DNA of 43,225 bases from an uncultured Pseudomonadales bacterium (GTDB taxonomy: Bacteria; Patescibacteriota; Microgenomatia; UBA1400; CG1-02-47-37): the NCBI GenBank assembly GCA_964630755.1, contig CAZVYS010000005.1:1-43225 (forward strand), written 5' to 3'. The notes below the pieces were generated by a model. The model searched no databases. It was not told the origin of the DNA and was given only the letters and a program-made list of their open reading frames with translations. The stretch's first letter is position 1; every line of letters begins with the position of its first letter. Positions 25,983 through 34,862 of this stretch are shown in pieces. The translations under genes and the position numbers were made by a program.

Positions 25983-27296
25983 TTATTTCAGTTTTGAGAT
26001 GACTTTATCAAGAGGGAGAGTGGTTTGGATTTTTGCTTTCATGTCTTTTAAAGTGACTAGATTCTTTTTGATCTCATCTTCACCAATGATCAAAACATAT
26101 GGAATGTTTTTATTGTCAGCGTATTTTAGTTGTTTGTTTAGCTTTTCAAGCTCCGGATAGAGCATGGCGCTGATATTGTTCTTTCGAAGTTTATCAGCAG
26201 TAACTAAACTTTTCTTAAAAGTTTTATCATCAAACCAAGTAACTAATATTTTTACTGGAGTAGTATCGATTTTGATCATTTTTCGATCTTTAATAACTTC
26301 AACAATTCTTTCGATGCCAAATGATCCGCCGGTAGCTGGGATCTGTTTGCCAGTGCCAAGCAGGTTGCCAATGGTGTTGTCATAGCGTCCGCAACCAGCA
26401 ACTGAACCAATATTTCCCTCGAGAATTTCAAATTCCCAGATGGGTCCAGTATAGTAGGCTAGGCCTCGGGCGATAAAAGGGGCAAACTGATAAAACTTGG
26501 GATTGATCTTAACGGTCTTAAAGTATTTAAAAATGGTTTCTAGTTCGCTTAAACCCTCAACAGCTTCAGGGATTTGTTTCATTTGGGTTTTAAATAGTTT
26601 GATTAAATCATTAGTTTTGCCAGTGGTAGTGATGATTGAGAGAACTTTATCAGCTACATTTTCTGATATTTTTCTTTTTTCGATTAGCTCTTTTTTAACT
26701 TTTTCTTTGCCAAGTTTTGGCAGTTTGTCGATTGACAAGCAGATAGGGATAAAATCAGAGTCTTTGGCACCAGCGTATTTGATTAAACCATTTAAAAACT
26801 TACGATTGGAGATGTTAGCTACAAAGCCTTTAAAGTTTAGTTTTTGCATCACTTCGATACCCATCTGAATAAATTCTGCATCAGTAATAACTGAGGCAGT
26901 GCCGATAGTATCAGCATCACATTGAGTAAATTCGCGGTAACGACCTTTTTGAGGCTTGTCAGCACGCCAGACTGGTTGAATTTGGTAGCGTTTGTAAGGA
27001 AAAGTTAACTTATTAATGTTTTCAGCTACAGCTCTACACATAGGGATCATTACTTCGTATTTGAGCATGATGTCTCTATTGCCTTGATCTTTAAAGCGAT
27101 AAAATAGTTTAGCTGCTTCTTCGCCAGCTTCACCTTGGAAAATATTAGTGTATTCTAAAGCTGGAGTTTGTAAGGGTTCGTAACCGTAACTCTCAAACAC
27201 CTCTTTAAAGGCGTTAATAACAAATTCTCGTATTCTAATATCTTCGGTAAAGAAGTCTCTGAATCCAGCTAGTTTTTGGGCTTTTAGTTTATTCAT
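25983..27296 (-). CDS. hisS: histidine--tRNA ligase
   Basis: GFRDF, WRADKPQKGRYREFTQCDAD, RGLAYYTG, GRYD, GSFGIERI, anticodon domain. Confidence 0.97.
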   Translation of the reverse strand: MNKLKAQKLAGFRDFFTEDIRIREFVINAFKEVFESYGYEPLQTPALEYTNIFQGEAGEEAAKLFYRFKDQGNRDIMLKYEVMIPMCRAVAENINKLTFPYKRYQIQPVWRADKPQKGRYREFTQCDADTIGTASVITDAEFIQMGIEVMQKLNFKGFVANISNRKFLNGLIKYAGAKDSDFIPICLSIDKLPKLGKEKVKKELIEKRKISENVADKVLSIITTTGKTNDLIKLFKTQMKQIPEAVEGLSELETIFKYFKTVKINPKFYQFAPFIARGLAYYTGPIWEFEILEGNIGSVAGCGRYDNTIGNLLGTGKQIPATGGSFGIERIVEVIKDRKMIKIDTTPVKILVTWFDDKTFKKSLVTADKLRKNNISAMLYPELEKLNKQLKYADNKNIPYVLIIGEDEIKKNLVTLKDMKAKIQTTLPLDKVISKLK

Positions 27297-27333
27297 ATTT
27301 ATTAGTTTACCATAGTTTATTTTATATTTATTT

Positions 27334-27358
27334 ACCTTCAGGGATGATCCCTGTAGGT
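27334..27358. repeat. REP-like palindrome (family B), diverged copy
   Basis: ACCTTCAGGGATGATCCCTGTAGGT. Confidence 0.65.
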
Positions 27359-27400
27359 GTGTGAAAAGATTGTTCTTGAGGTGCTTTGGTCATATTTCAG

Positions 27401-27424
27401 CCTGCAGGGACAGACCCTGCAGGT
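27401..27424. repeat. REP-like palindrome (family B)
   Basis: CCTGCAGGGACAGACCCTGCAGGT, identical to 30195-30218. Confidence 0.9.
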
Positions 27425-27427
27425 GGA

Positions 27428-28378
27428 TTAAATTAGTATTTGGTTGTTTTTTAAGATGGGTTTATTGTCGACTAAAAGACTTGGATTAAGAATAATGCCA
27501 TCTGAGTGAAAGGGGATCGAGATTTTTCCGCCAAAACCCTGGTTGTTGCCTAGGGCTATATGGCAAGTTCCATATACTTTTTCAGCCTCTAATACCTCTG
27601 GAGAGAGCTTGCAATTAGGATTGGTACCAATACCAAGTTCTGCAATGATTTTAGCTTTGGGACTGACTTTTTGAATTAGTTTGTTTAAGGTTTTAGCGGC
27701 TTTTCCGCCAGTAATTGAGTAAGCAACTCCGTTTTTGACAAGTAACTTAATCGGTTTATCTAGAACAATATCTGCAAATGCGCCGTCAAAAACAATGGTT
27801 CCGTTGGTTTTTTCCTCAACTGGGGCTACAAAAGCTTCACCAGCTGGTAAGTTACCAAAATCACCAGGTTTGGTAAATAGACCAGTGTCTGCGATAGCTG
27901 GGCGGTTGGTGATGTCTAGATTTAGATTAGTTCCACCAGGAGAGGTGATAGTAACCTTATTGCCAGTAGTTAAGATTTTGGCTAGTTTTTGACTGATTTT
28001 AGCTATTTTTGAATAATTTCCAGCTAAGGTTCGAGTAACCATATCTTGAGTAATACCAGGCATAGAAGCGATTCTACAACCAGCTAGATTTGCTTTTTTT
28101 CGAGCTTGGGTATGAGAGAGTGAAAAAGTAGTGACTAGTAAAGCAACATCTGATGCAGCCATTTTTTTGGCTATCTTTGTAGGTGGTTCCTGAGCGTTTT
28201 CTGTCATAGTGTCAAAAGAAATTAGCTTAGCATTATTAGTAATTTCTTTAGCTGCTTTTAGAAATTTTTCAGCCAATGATTTTTGATCCGGATCGGTAAT
28301 GATGAGGATTGATTCGTTAGGTTTTAAAGCCATGCATTGGTTCATGACGTTTTGAAAAGCTGATAATGTTTTTTTCAT
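27428..28378 (-). CDS. aminopeptidase, M29/aminopeptidase T-like family
   Basis: GNLPAGEAFVAP, AELGIGTNP, LEAEKVYGTCHIALG.N...GG, HSD. Confidence 0.85.
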   Translation of the reverse strand: MKKTLSAFQNVMNQCMALKPNESILIITDPDQKSLAEKFLKAAKEITNNAKLISFDTMTENAQEPPTKIAKKMAASDVALLVTTFSLSHTQARKKANLAGCRIASMPGITQDMVTRTLAGNYSKIAKISQKLAKILTTGNKVTITSPGGTNLNLDITNRPAIADTGLFTKPGDFGNLPAGEAFVAPVEEKTNGTIVFDGAFADIVLDKPIKLLVKNGVAYSITGGKAAKTLNKLIQKVSPKAKIIAELGIGTNPNCKLSPEVLEAEKVYGTCHIALGNNQGFGGKISIPFHSDGIILNPSLLVDNKPILKNNQILI

Positions 28379-28391
28379 AAGTATTATTATA

Positions 28392-29675
28392 CTAGGGAAG
28401 TTGATTAGTAGTTAAGGCTTTGATGCCTAATTTTAAAAATTTCCAGTAACTTGGGTTAAAAAATTTAACGTACATAGGTATTGTTTTTAAGATAGAAAGA
28501 TTTGAAATTTTTCCAAATCTTTTAGCATTAAATCTAGAAAGATCGTAAGGAGAACCTTTTCTAAAGATCATTTCAGCTAAGGATCGTCCAACTAGGGGAG
28601 CGAATTTATAGCCAGTACCACAAAAACCGGCAGCAATATATGTATTTTTATAGCCAGGCAAAAGTGAGACAATAAAGTCATTGTCTGGGGTCATTTGATA
28701 AAACCCAGATTCGATTTTAGCTAGTTTAATTGGTTTAAGTGAGGGCAGGCATTGATTAATAAAATCTGCTTGAGACTTGATTTGATTTTGTTTTGGAGGG
28801 CAAAGACCTGATTTAGTTAGTTTGGCTCCAAAAGGATCAAAGTAGGCAATCTTTAAACCTGGAGTTTTTTTATAGGTAGGGTGACCATAGATACCAACGT
28901 CAAGATAAGCAAAAACAGGTAACTTTTTAGCTTGAAAGTTTTTAATTTGTTTTTTTGGAACTTTAAAATACTTTAGTTTTTGCTTAACTGGGATAACTGG
29001 TAGTTTTAACCATTGGCCACCTTTTAGATTGTTTAGCATTTCTATAGTCCAAGCTCCAACAGTTAAAGCTAGTTTTTTGGTGAGTATTACTTGACCAGAT
29101 TTTAGAGTAATTTTAGTAATGTCTTTATCAGGTTTGATGTTAATTACTTTGGAGTTTTGCTTGATAGTAACTTTATTTTTAAGCAGCTTAGTAAGTAACT
29201 TAAAAATTGTAGGGATGTAAAGAAAACCAGCATCAATATCTAGGCAACTAAGGTCAGCTTTAAATTGAGGAAAACTTTTCGATAGTTTTGAATTGTTGGT
29301 GAATTTTTTTACTTTGAATCCAAGAGACTTCATTACTTTGTAGCTAGACATGGTGTAAGTAGAGCTAAGATTAGGGGTAGTGTTTTTTTTGGCAATGTTT
29401 AAGACGCCAGATTTAATAATAAATTCTTGTTTTGACTTTGTTTCTAGTTCTTCCCAAAGTTTTTTGGATTCAGAAGCTAGGCGGGAGTAGTAAGGATCAA
29501 GATAGTCGTTTCTGATAGATCTTGAAAATCCAGATGAACCAGCGTATTTATTACCTATGGTACGCTTTTCAAGCAAAAGAATCTTTTTATTGAAAAGACT
29601 TGCATAGTAGGCGGTAAATAAGCCCATGATGCCACCACCAACAATAACTAGATCGTATGGTTGTTTTTTTATCAT
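28392..29675 (-). CDS. FAD-dependent oxidoreductase, sarcosine oxidase/SolA-like (DAO family)
   Basis: GGGIMG, GSSGFSRSIR, YQMTPDNDFIV, GFCGTGYKFAPLVG. Confidence 0.88.
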   Translation of the reverse strand: MIKKQPYDLVIVGGGIMGLFTAYYASLFNKKILLLEKRTIGNKYAGSSGFSRSIRNDYLDPYYSRLASESKKLWEELETKSKQEFIIKSGVLNIAKKNTTPNLSSTYTMSSYKVMKSLGFKVKKFTNNSKLSKSFPQFKADLSCLDIDAGFLYIPTIFKLLTKLLKNKVTIKQNSKVINIKPDKDITKITLKSGQVILTKKLALTVGAWTIEMLNNLKGGQWLKLPVIPVKQKLKYFKVPKKQIKNFQAKKLPVFAYLDVGIYGHPTYKKTPGLKIAYFDPFGAKLTKSGLCPPKQNQIKSQADFINQCLPSLKPIKLAKIESGFYQMTPDNDFIVSLLPGYKNTYIAAGFCGTGYKFAPLVGRSLAEMIFRKGSPYDLSRFNAKRFGKISNLSILKTIPMYVKFFNPSYWKFLKLGIKALTTNQLP

Positions 29676-29707
29676 ATTTTTCCTTTTTACTTGATATTAG
29701 TAGGCAT

Positions 29708-29730
29708 AAAAAAACCCGCGAAAGTGCGGG
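29708..29730 (-). terminator. attenuator terminator
   Basis: Minus strand CCCGC-ACTTTC-GCGGG-T7, about 30 nt upstream of the flavoprotein ATG. Confidence 0.8.
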
Positions 29731-29759
29731 GTAGGGAAGTACTTAATAAGTTTTATTAG

Positions 29760-29828
29760 TTACAGCCGATTTAGCCCGCACAAAAGTGGGGCGTGATGAG
29801 AAATTGATAATTTATTTGATTTTGTCAT
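29760..29828 (-). CDS. putative His-sensing leader peptide MTKSNKLSISHHAPLLCGLNRL
   Basis: 22-aa uORF with tandem CAT CAC directly before alternative pairing segments. Confidence 0.65.
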   Translation of the reverse strand: MTKSNKLSISHHAPLLCGLNRL

Positions 29829-29834
29829 ATTTTA

Positions 29835-29886
29835 TATATATTAACGTGTTAATACGCTAATATATACTAAAAAAATAATTTGTCAA
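29835..29886 (-). promoter_or_regulatory. promoter with overlapping palindromic operator (candidate HisR/YerC site)
   Basis: TTGACA at 29886-29881; TATATATTAGCGTATTAACACGTTAATATATA (29866-29835) matches its reverse complement at 28 of 32 positions. Confidence 0.68.
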
Positions 29887-29894
29887 GTGGATAA

Positions 29895-30155
29895 TTAAGT
29901 TAAACGTTTAAGAATTAATTTATAACCACCTTTGCCATGTTTGAGCCAATGAGAAACTCGAGTAACTGTAGTGGTAGAAGTTTTAGTAAGTTTAGCAATC
30001 TTGGCATAGGGGAGGCCTTGATGTAATAGTCTTGCGATTTTAAATCTTTGAGTGATAGTTTTAATTTCTTTAATGGTGAGTAGATCTCTTAGAAACGTAG
30101 CTACTTCTTTTTCTGTTTTTAGTTTAAGAATAGCTTGGTATAGTTTAGAAGACAT
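29895..30155 (-). CDS. TrpR-like YerC/YecD (HisR) family regulator
   Basis: LY.AIL.L....E...FLRDLLT..E.....QR, Y..IA..T..STTTVTRV..WL..G.GGY. Confidence 0.92.
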   Translation of the reverse strand: MSSKLYQAILKLKTEKEVATFLRDLLTIKEIKTITQRFKIARLLHQGLPYAKIAKLTKTSTTTVTRVSHWLKHGKGGYKLILKRLT

Positions 30156-30192
30156 GATGAATAGATTATATCAAAAAGGTTAGGAATTAATT

Positions 30193-30219
30193 AACCTGCA
30201 GGGACAGACCCTGCAGGTT
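30193..30219. repeat. REP-like palindrome (family B)
   Basis: AACCTGCAGGGACAGACCCTGCAGGTT, 11-bp arms. Confidence 0.9.
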
Positions 30220-30223
30220 GAAA

Positions 30224-31399
30224 TTATTCTGTTTCGGCGGATTCAGTGGCTTCGGCAGAGTCAGTGGCTTCGTTTTGATTGGTTGGTTCTAGGGCAGCTG
30301 GATTATTTTTACCAGGAATAACTAAAATATTTTTAACTTCATCAATATCTCCGTTTTGGTCTAGAGTAGCAATAGCGAATAGATTATCATCTAGCTCAAG
30401 GTCTTCAACTTCTGGATCTTCAATATCTTTAATGTCTAGATTGGTTTTCAAGTTGACTGTTAGTCGTTTGTTGTCAACAACTACTTTATTGCTATCGATT
30501 TCTTCGATTTTGCCGGTGATTAGCTGTCGAACCTGAGGAGATTTGGGTGGTTCTATTTGGAGAATTCTTTGAGCTTGAAGTGATTCAGAATCTTTATAAA
30601 CAAAACCAAAACAAATCAAGAAATCTTCTACTTTTAGGTCTTTAAGATCAAGGGTGGTTTTGCCTTTTGATTTAACAATTTGAGTTGAGTCTTTTAATGT
30701 AATGGAGCTAGTAAAGGATTTGTATTCAAGTTCAATTGAAGATTGACCAATATTAGTTATTTGACCAATAAAAGCTTTTTTCTTTGGAGTATTAGACTCA
30801 ATTAGAAGTTCATCTTTAATAGTTTCGATGCCTACTTCAGCTGTATCTTGAAGTCGTTCTTTAATTTTATCGGTGATTGACGAATCAGTTGCTTTTTCAG
30901 TTTCATTATCTTGAGCATGAGCAACTGGAACAAGATTAAATGAAGTAGGCTCTTCTAAATCTTCTAGTTCAATCTTTGTAGTGCTGTAAGTTAAGATTAA
31001 AGTTTTTGACTCGGTTTTATTAGTTTCATCTGTAGCGATAATAGTTAGCTCGTTAAAACCATTAATGAGATCTAGATTAAAAGAAAAGATTCCTTCTTTA
31101 TCGGCAGTAATAAGTTGATTATCTGTTTCAGAAATTAGAGCGATTACTGCTTCTGGCCAAGCTATCCCAGATAAAGTTATCTTACTTTGATCAATTAAAT
31201 CGAAATTTTGGTGAGACGTAATACTTAATTTTTTAGCTGTTTTTGCTAAAGGGGGACTAGGAACTGTATCAGTTTGGTTTTCAACTTGTTTTTTAACTCT
31301 GATTTTATTAATTGATTTATTGGCAGTATAAATTCCTAAGGTTATGATTAAACCAAGAATTAAACCAGAGACAACAGCAACAATTACTTCTTTTTTCAT
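30224..31399 (-). CDS. membrane-anchored hypothetical protein with Ig-like and OB-like (DUF5666-like) repeats
   Basis: N-terminal TM; ITLSG...G.FSF.L.L..G.N.LTIIATD; two G.I..I....T.I...DL.V.D units; ATDSA/ATESA tail. Confidence 0.65.
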   Translation of the reverse strand: MKKEVIVAVVSGLILGLIITLGIYTANKSINKIRVKKQVENQTDTVPSPPLAKTAKKLSITSHQNFDLIDQSKITLSGIAWPEAVIALISETDNQLITADKEGIFSFNLDLINGFNELTIIATDETNKTESKTLILTYSTTKIELEDLEEPTSFNLVPVAHAQDNETEKATDSSITDKIKERLQDTAEVGIETIKDELLIESNTPKKKAFIGQITNIGQSSIELEYKSFTSSITLKDSTQIVKSKGKTTLDLKDLKVEDFLICFGFVYKDSESLQAQRILQIEPPKSPQVRQLITGKIEEIDSNKVVVDNKRLTVNLKTNLDIKDIEDPEVEDLELDDNLFAIATLDQNGDIDEVKNILVIPGKNNPAALEPTNQNEATDSAEATESAETE

Positions 31400-31478
31400 A
31401 TTTATATAGGTCTCGAGGACTATACACTACTTAAGAATTTATTGTCAAGAAAATGTTAATGTGATACCATGAAACGCT

Positions 31479-32156
31479 ATGGAGATAATCTATTTAGGGC
31501 ACAGCTGTTTTCTATTAAAGAACAGAGAAGTTAAAGTGGTCTTGGATCCATTTGCAGATTCTGTTGGGTTTAAGCAGGCTAAAATAGCGGCAGACATTGT
31601 CACTATTTCTCATGATCACAAAGACCATAATGATTTATCTTTGGTTACTGGAGAGCTAGCCTCGACTAGCTTGAGCCTAGGCGGGCCAATGGTGATTAAT
31701 GGACCAGGAGAGTATGAAATTAAACAAGTAAGTATAACTGGCATTAGCAGTTTTCATGATAAGAATAAAGGTAAGGATCGAGGTAAAAATACCATGTATG
31801 TGGTCGATATCGATGATATTAGAGTGGCGCATTTAGGAGATTTAGGGCATAAGTTAGATGATAAACAACTAGAAGAGCTGGATGGAGTTGATGTTTTACT
31901 AGTACCAGTTGGTGGAGAGTTTACGATTGACTCAAAAGAAGCTCAAGAAGTTATTGGTCAAGTGGGAGCAAGTATTGTTATCCCAATGCATTATAAGACT
32001 AGTCAGCATAGTAAAGCATTTGGTAAACTTGCACCAGTTGAAGATTTTGTTAAAGTAATTGGAAAAGAAGTAAAAAAAGAAGACAAACTTAAACTTAAAA
32101 AACTGGACCTGCCTGAGGAGATGGAAGTTTATATTCTAAATAAGTATGGCAGGTAA
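31479..32156 (+). CDS. MBL-fold metallo-hydrolase
   Basis: YLGHSCF, DPF, SHDHKDH, GPGEYE, HLGDLG, PVGG, IPMHY. Confidence 0.92.
   Translation: MEIIYLGHSCFLLKNREVKVVLDPFADSVGFKQAKIAADIVTISHDHKDHNDLSLVTGELASTSLSLGGPMVINGPGEYEIKQVSITGISSFHDKNKGKDRGKNTMYVVDIDDIRVAHLGDLGHKLDDKQLEELDGVDVLLVPVGGEFTIDSKEAQEVIGQVGASIVIPMHYKTSQHSKAFGKLAPVEDFVKVIGKEVKKEDKLKLKKLDLPEEMEVYILNKYGR
31656..31685. repeat. 30-bp GC-rich element (family A) lying in-frame inside the MBL gene
   Basis: Reverse complement CCCGCCT-AGGCTCAAGCT-AGTCGAGG shares both ends with 34946-34969; encodes LASTSLSLGG. Confidence 0.6.
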
Positions 32157-33465
32157 GGTTAGAATACCGCCTCAAAGCATTGATGCAGAACAATCAGTCT
32201 TAGGCAGTTTGCTAATAGATAAAGACGCTGTTGCGGAAGTGGCTGCTTTTTTAAAGGGGAGTCATTTTTATCAGGAAAAACATGGCTTGATTTTTGAAGC
32301 AATACTAGAACTATTTGAGCAGCGAGAACCGGTAGACGTGGTGACTGTAAGCGAGAAACTAAAAAAGAAAAAAGCTTTAAAACAGGTAGGAGGAGCAAGT
32401 TACTTAACAGATTTAGTTAATAGAGTGCCAACATCGGCTCACGTTGAAAATTACGCTAAGATTGTTAAAGATTTAGCCACTAAAAGAGAGTTAATTAGCC
32501 AAGCTTCAAAGTTGGTCGAAGACTCGTTTGACGAAGGTCAGGAGCTAGACGGAATTCTAGATAAGGCAGAGAAATTAATCTTTGGTTTGAGTCAACAACA
32601 TCTAGCTAAAAACTTTATTCCAATTAAAGATGCTTTAGCAGAATCTTTTGACAGATTAGATGAACTGCACAAACAAGCTGGAGGGATTAGGGGAGTGCCT
32701 AGTGGATTTAAGGATTTAGACGATGTGTTGGCTGGTTTTCAAAGAAGTAACTTAGTTATTTTAGCGGCTAGGCCAGGTATGGGAAAAACTTCTTTAGCGC
32801 TAAATATTGCGCAACATATAACAGTTGATCACAAAATTCCGGTTGGGTTTTTCTCTTTAGAGATGAGTCAAGAGGAGTTGGTGGATAGATTATTAGTGGC
32901 TCAAGCAGACATTGATGCTTGGAAATTAAAAACTGGCAGGTTAAATGAAGAAGATTTTACTAAATTATCTGATGCCATGGGTGAGTTAGCTGAAGCGCCT
33001 TTGTATATTGATGACACTCCAGGAATGAGTATTATGGAGATGAGAACAAAGGCGAGAAGATTGCAAGCCGAGTATGGAGTTCAGATGTTGGTAGTGGATT
33101 ATTTACAACTAGCTCATGCTAGAAACTTAGAAAATAGAGTTCAGGAAATATCCGAAGTATCAATGGGATTAAAGAATTTAGCTCGTGAGCTTAGAGTGCC
33201 AGTTTTGTCGCTCAGTCAGTTATCTAGGGCAGTTGAGCACAGGGGAGTTAAAAAACCACAACTGGCTGATTTAAGAGAATCTGGAGGAATTGAACAAGAT
33301 GCAGATGTGGTGATGTTTCTTTACCGAGAAGACGATGAGAATTTAGAAAATTATAAACTAAATATAGCTAAGCACAGAAATGGTCCATTAAGACAGATAG
33401 ATCTAAGATTTAGAGGCGATCGGATTAAGTTTTACGGAGTGGAAAAAAGACTCAAGGAGAAATAA
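32146..33465 (+). CDS. dnaB: replicative DNA helicase DnaB (no intein)
   Basis: PPQSIDAEQSVLG, AARPGMGKT, FSLEMS, VDYLQL, SQLSR, DLRESGGIEQDAD, KHRNGP. Confidence 0.98.
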   Translation: MAGKVRIPPQSIDAEQSVLGSLLIDKDAVAEVAAFLKGSHFYQEKHGLIFEAILELFEQREPVDVVTVSEKLKKKKALKQVGGASYLTDLVNRVPTSAHVENYAKIVKDLATKRELISQASKLVEDSFDEGQELDGILDKAEKLIFGLSQQHLAKNFIPIKDALAESFDRLDELHKQAGGIRGVPSGFKDLDDVLAGFQRSNLVILAARPGMGKTSLALNIAQHITVDHKIPVGFFSLEMSQEELVDRLLVAQADIDAWKLKTGRLNEEDFTKLSDAMGELAEAPLYIDDTPGMSIMEMRTKARRLQAEYGVQMLVVDYLQLAHARNLENRVQEISEVSMGLKNLARELRVPVLSLSQLSRAVEHRGVKKPQLADLRESGGIEQDADVVMFLYREDDENLENYKLNIAKHRNGPLRQIDLRFRGDRIKFYGVEKRLKEK

Positions 33466-33693
33466 ATGATTAAGATGTATGGGACTAATTGGTGTGGAGA
33501 CTGCAAAAGATCTAGAGCTTTTTTTAAGGAGAAAGGTGTTGAGTATGATTTTATCGACATTGATAAGAATGAAAAAGCAATGAATTATGTAAAAAAAATA
33601 AATCAGGGCAATAGTAGTGTGCCAACGATAGTGTTTGAAGATGGTAGTGTGTTGGTTGAGCCGAGTAATGAGGAATTAGGCCAGAAACTATAG
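33466..33693 (+). CDS. glutaredoxin-like protein (NrdH/mycoredoxin-like)
   Basis: WCGDC, SVPTIVF.DG..L.EPS. Confidence 0.88.
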   Translation: MIKMYGTNWCGDCKRSRAFFKEKGVEYDFIDIDKNEKAMNYVKKINQGNSSVPTIVFEDGSVLVEPSNEELGQKL

Positions 33694-33758
33694 TCTTATA
33701 GATATATAGTTATAGGTTGTTTTTTTTGATTTTTTAGGTATAATGATGTGTTTAAGTT

Positions 33759-34862
33759 ATGGTTTTAGAGAGTAAATCAGAAATCATTAGCATAGATGAG
33801 CCATCAAGAGCTGAAAAGTGGCTTAATAATTTGGCGGATTTTGCTAGGCAAGACCTGCCATATTTAATTTTAGGGGCTGGATTAAGAATAGTTTCTCATA
33901 TTGGCTTGGCTCAAACCGAAGCAGCTGCAGTTAATACTGACCATTTGATTGCTTTAGGATTTGGGGCGTCTTTTTCAAGCTTTAGATTGTTACAGACAGT
34001 TAAAAGTATAAATATTGGAAATAGAGGTAGAAAGATGGTGGATGATTTATCAATGTTTTTTGCAAAAACTTCTTTAGTCTTTCTTGGAGCTGGGGCAGCT
34101 GGCGTAGTAGTTGATTCAGGTATATTTCAACCTGATGCTTCAAATTTGTCGTCTCAACCAATTAGTGGCTTAGATCATGATGTAGAATTAAATAATCCAA
34201 AACCAGACTTATTAGATTTGATTGACCAACCAGAGGCTGGTATCAATATTACTCAACAACCAGAAGAATTGTTGGTTGACCCGCATCAGAAATTGACCCA
34301 AGTTTTAGCAGATTTAGATGGATCAAAGATAGTGCGTGGTGATTCAAATTGGAGTGAAATTTATGAAGTTTTAGATGATATGCAGAAAGAACTGGGAATC
34401 GAGAAAGAAGAGCTTAATACTGCCACTCAAAACTTTGTTAATGCTTTAAAAGAAATCGGCAAGTTAGAATCAGTTCATCCTGGAGAGGATCCAAAAGGCT
34501 TAGAAGGACTTGATCCGGAATGGGTACCTAGAGCTATTGATCTTAAGATAGAAGTAGCTGAGCCCATTAGCGTAGCCACAGCTGATATGCCTCCGGCTGA
34601 AGCTATGGATGCAGATCTTGAAGCTTTTTCTAGAAATGTAGTCACTGCAGATCAGAAATGGCGAAGTAAATGGGAAGTTTTTCTGGCCCTATTTAAAAGG
34701 CACTATCCACATTTATCTGACCAAGAAGCCAATACAAGCGTTTCTAGATTAATTGGCAGATTAGAATTTGCTTGTCGAGTTAAGTTAGGTCAGTTGCCAG
34801 GAGATTTTTCTAGTGTAACTTCAGAAGATATTGCAGCCTCAGTGGTTAAGAATAATAATTAG
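33759..34862 (+). CDS. hypothetical membrane protein, possible degenerate LysM-like domain
   Basis: Two to three N-terminal hydrophobic segments; IVRGDSNWSEI...VHPGE. Confidence 0.55.
   Translation: MVLESKSEIISIDEPSRAEKWLNNLADFARQDLPYLILGAGLRIVSHIGLAQTEAAAVNTDHLIALGFGASFSSFRLLQTVKSINIGNRGRKMVDDLSMFFAKTSLVFLGAGAAGVVVDSGIFQPDASNLSSQPISGLDHDVELNNPKPDLLDLIDQPEAGINITQQPEELLVDPHQKLTQVLADLDGSKIVRGDSNWSEIYEVLDDMQKELGIEKEELNTATQNFVNALKEIGKLESVHPGEDPKGLEGLDPEWVPRAIDLKIEVAEPISVATADMPPAEAMDADLEAFSRNVVTADQKWRSKWEVFLALFKRHYPHLSDQEANTSVSRLIGRLEFACRVKLGQLPGDFSSVTSEDIAASVVKNNN

Noticed and set aside
32146-33465. Intein in DnaB
   Set aside because: Normal length (439 aa) with continuous motifs.
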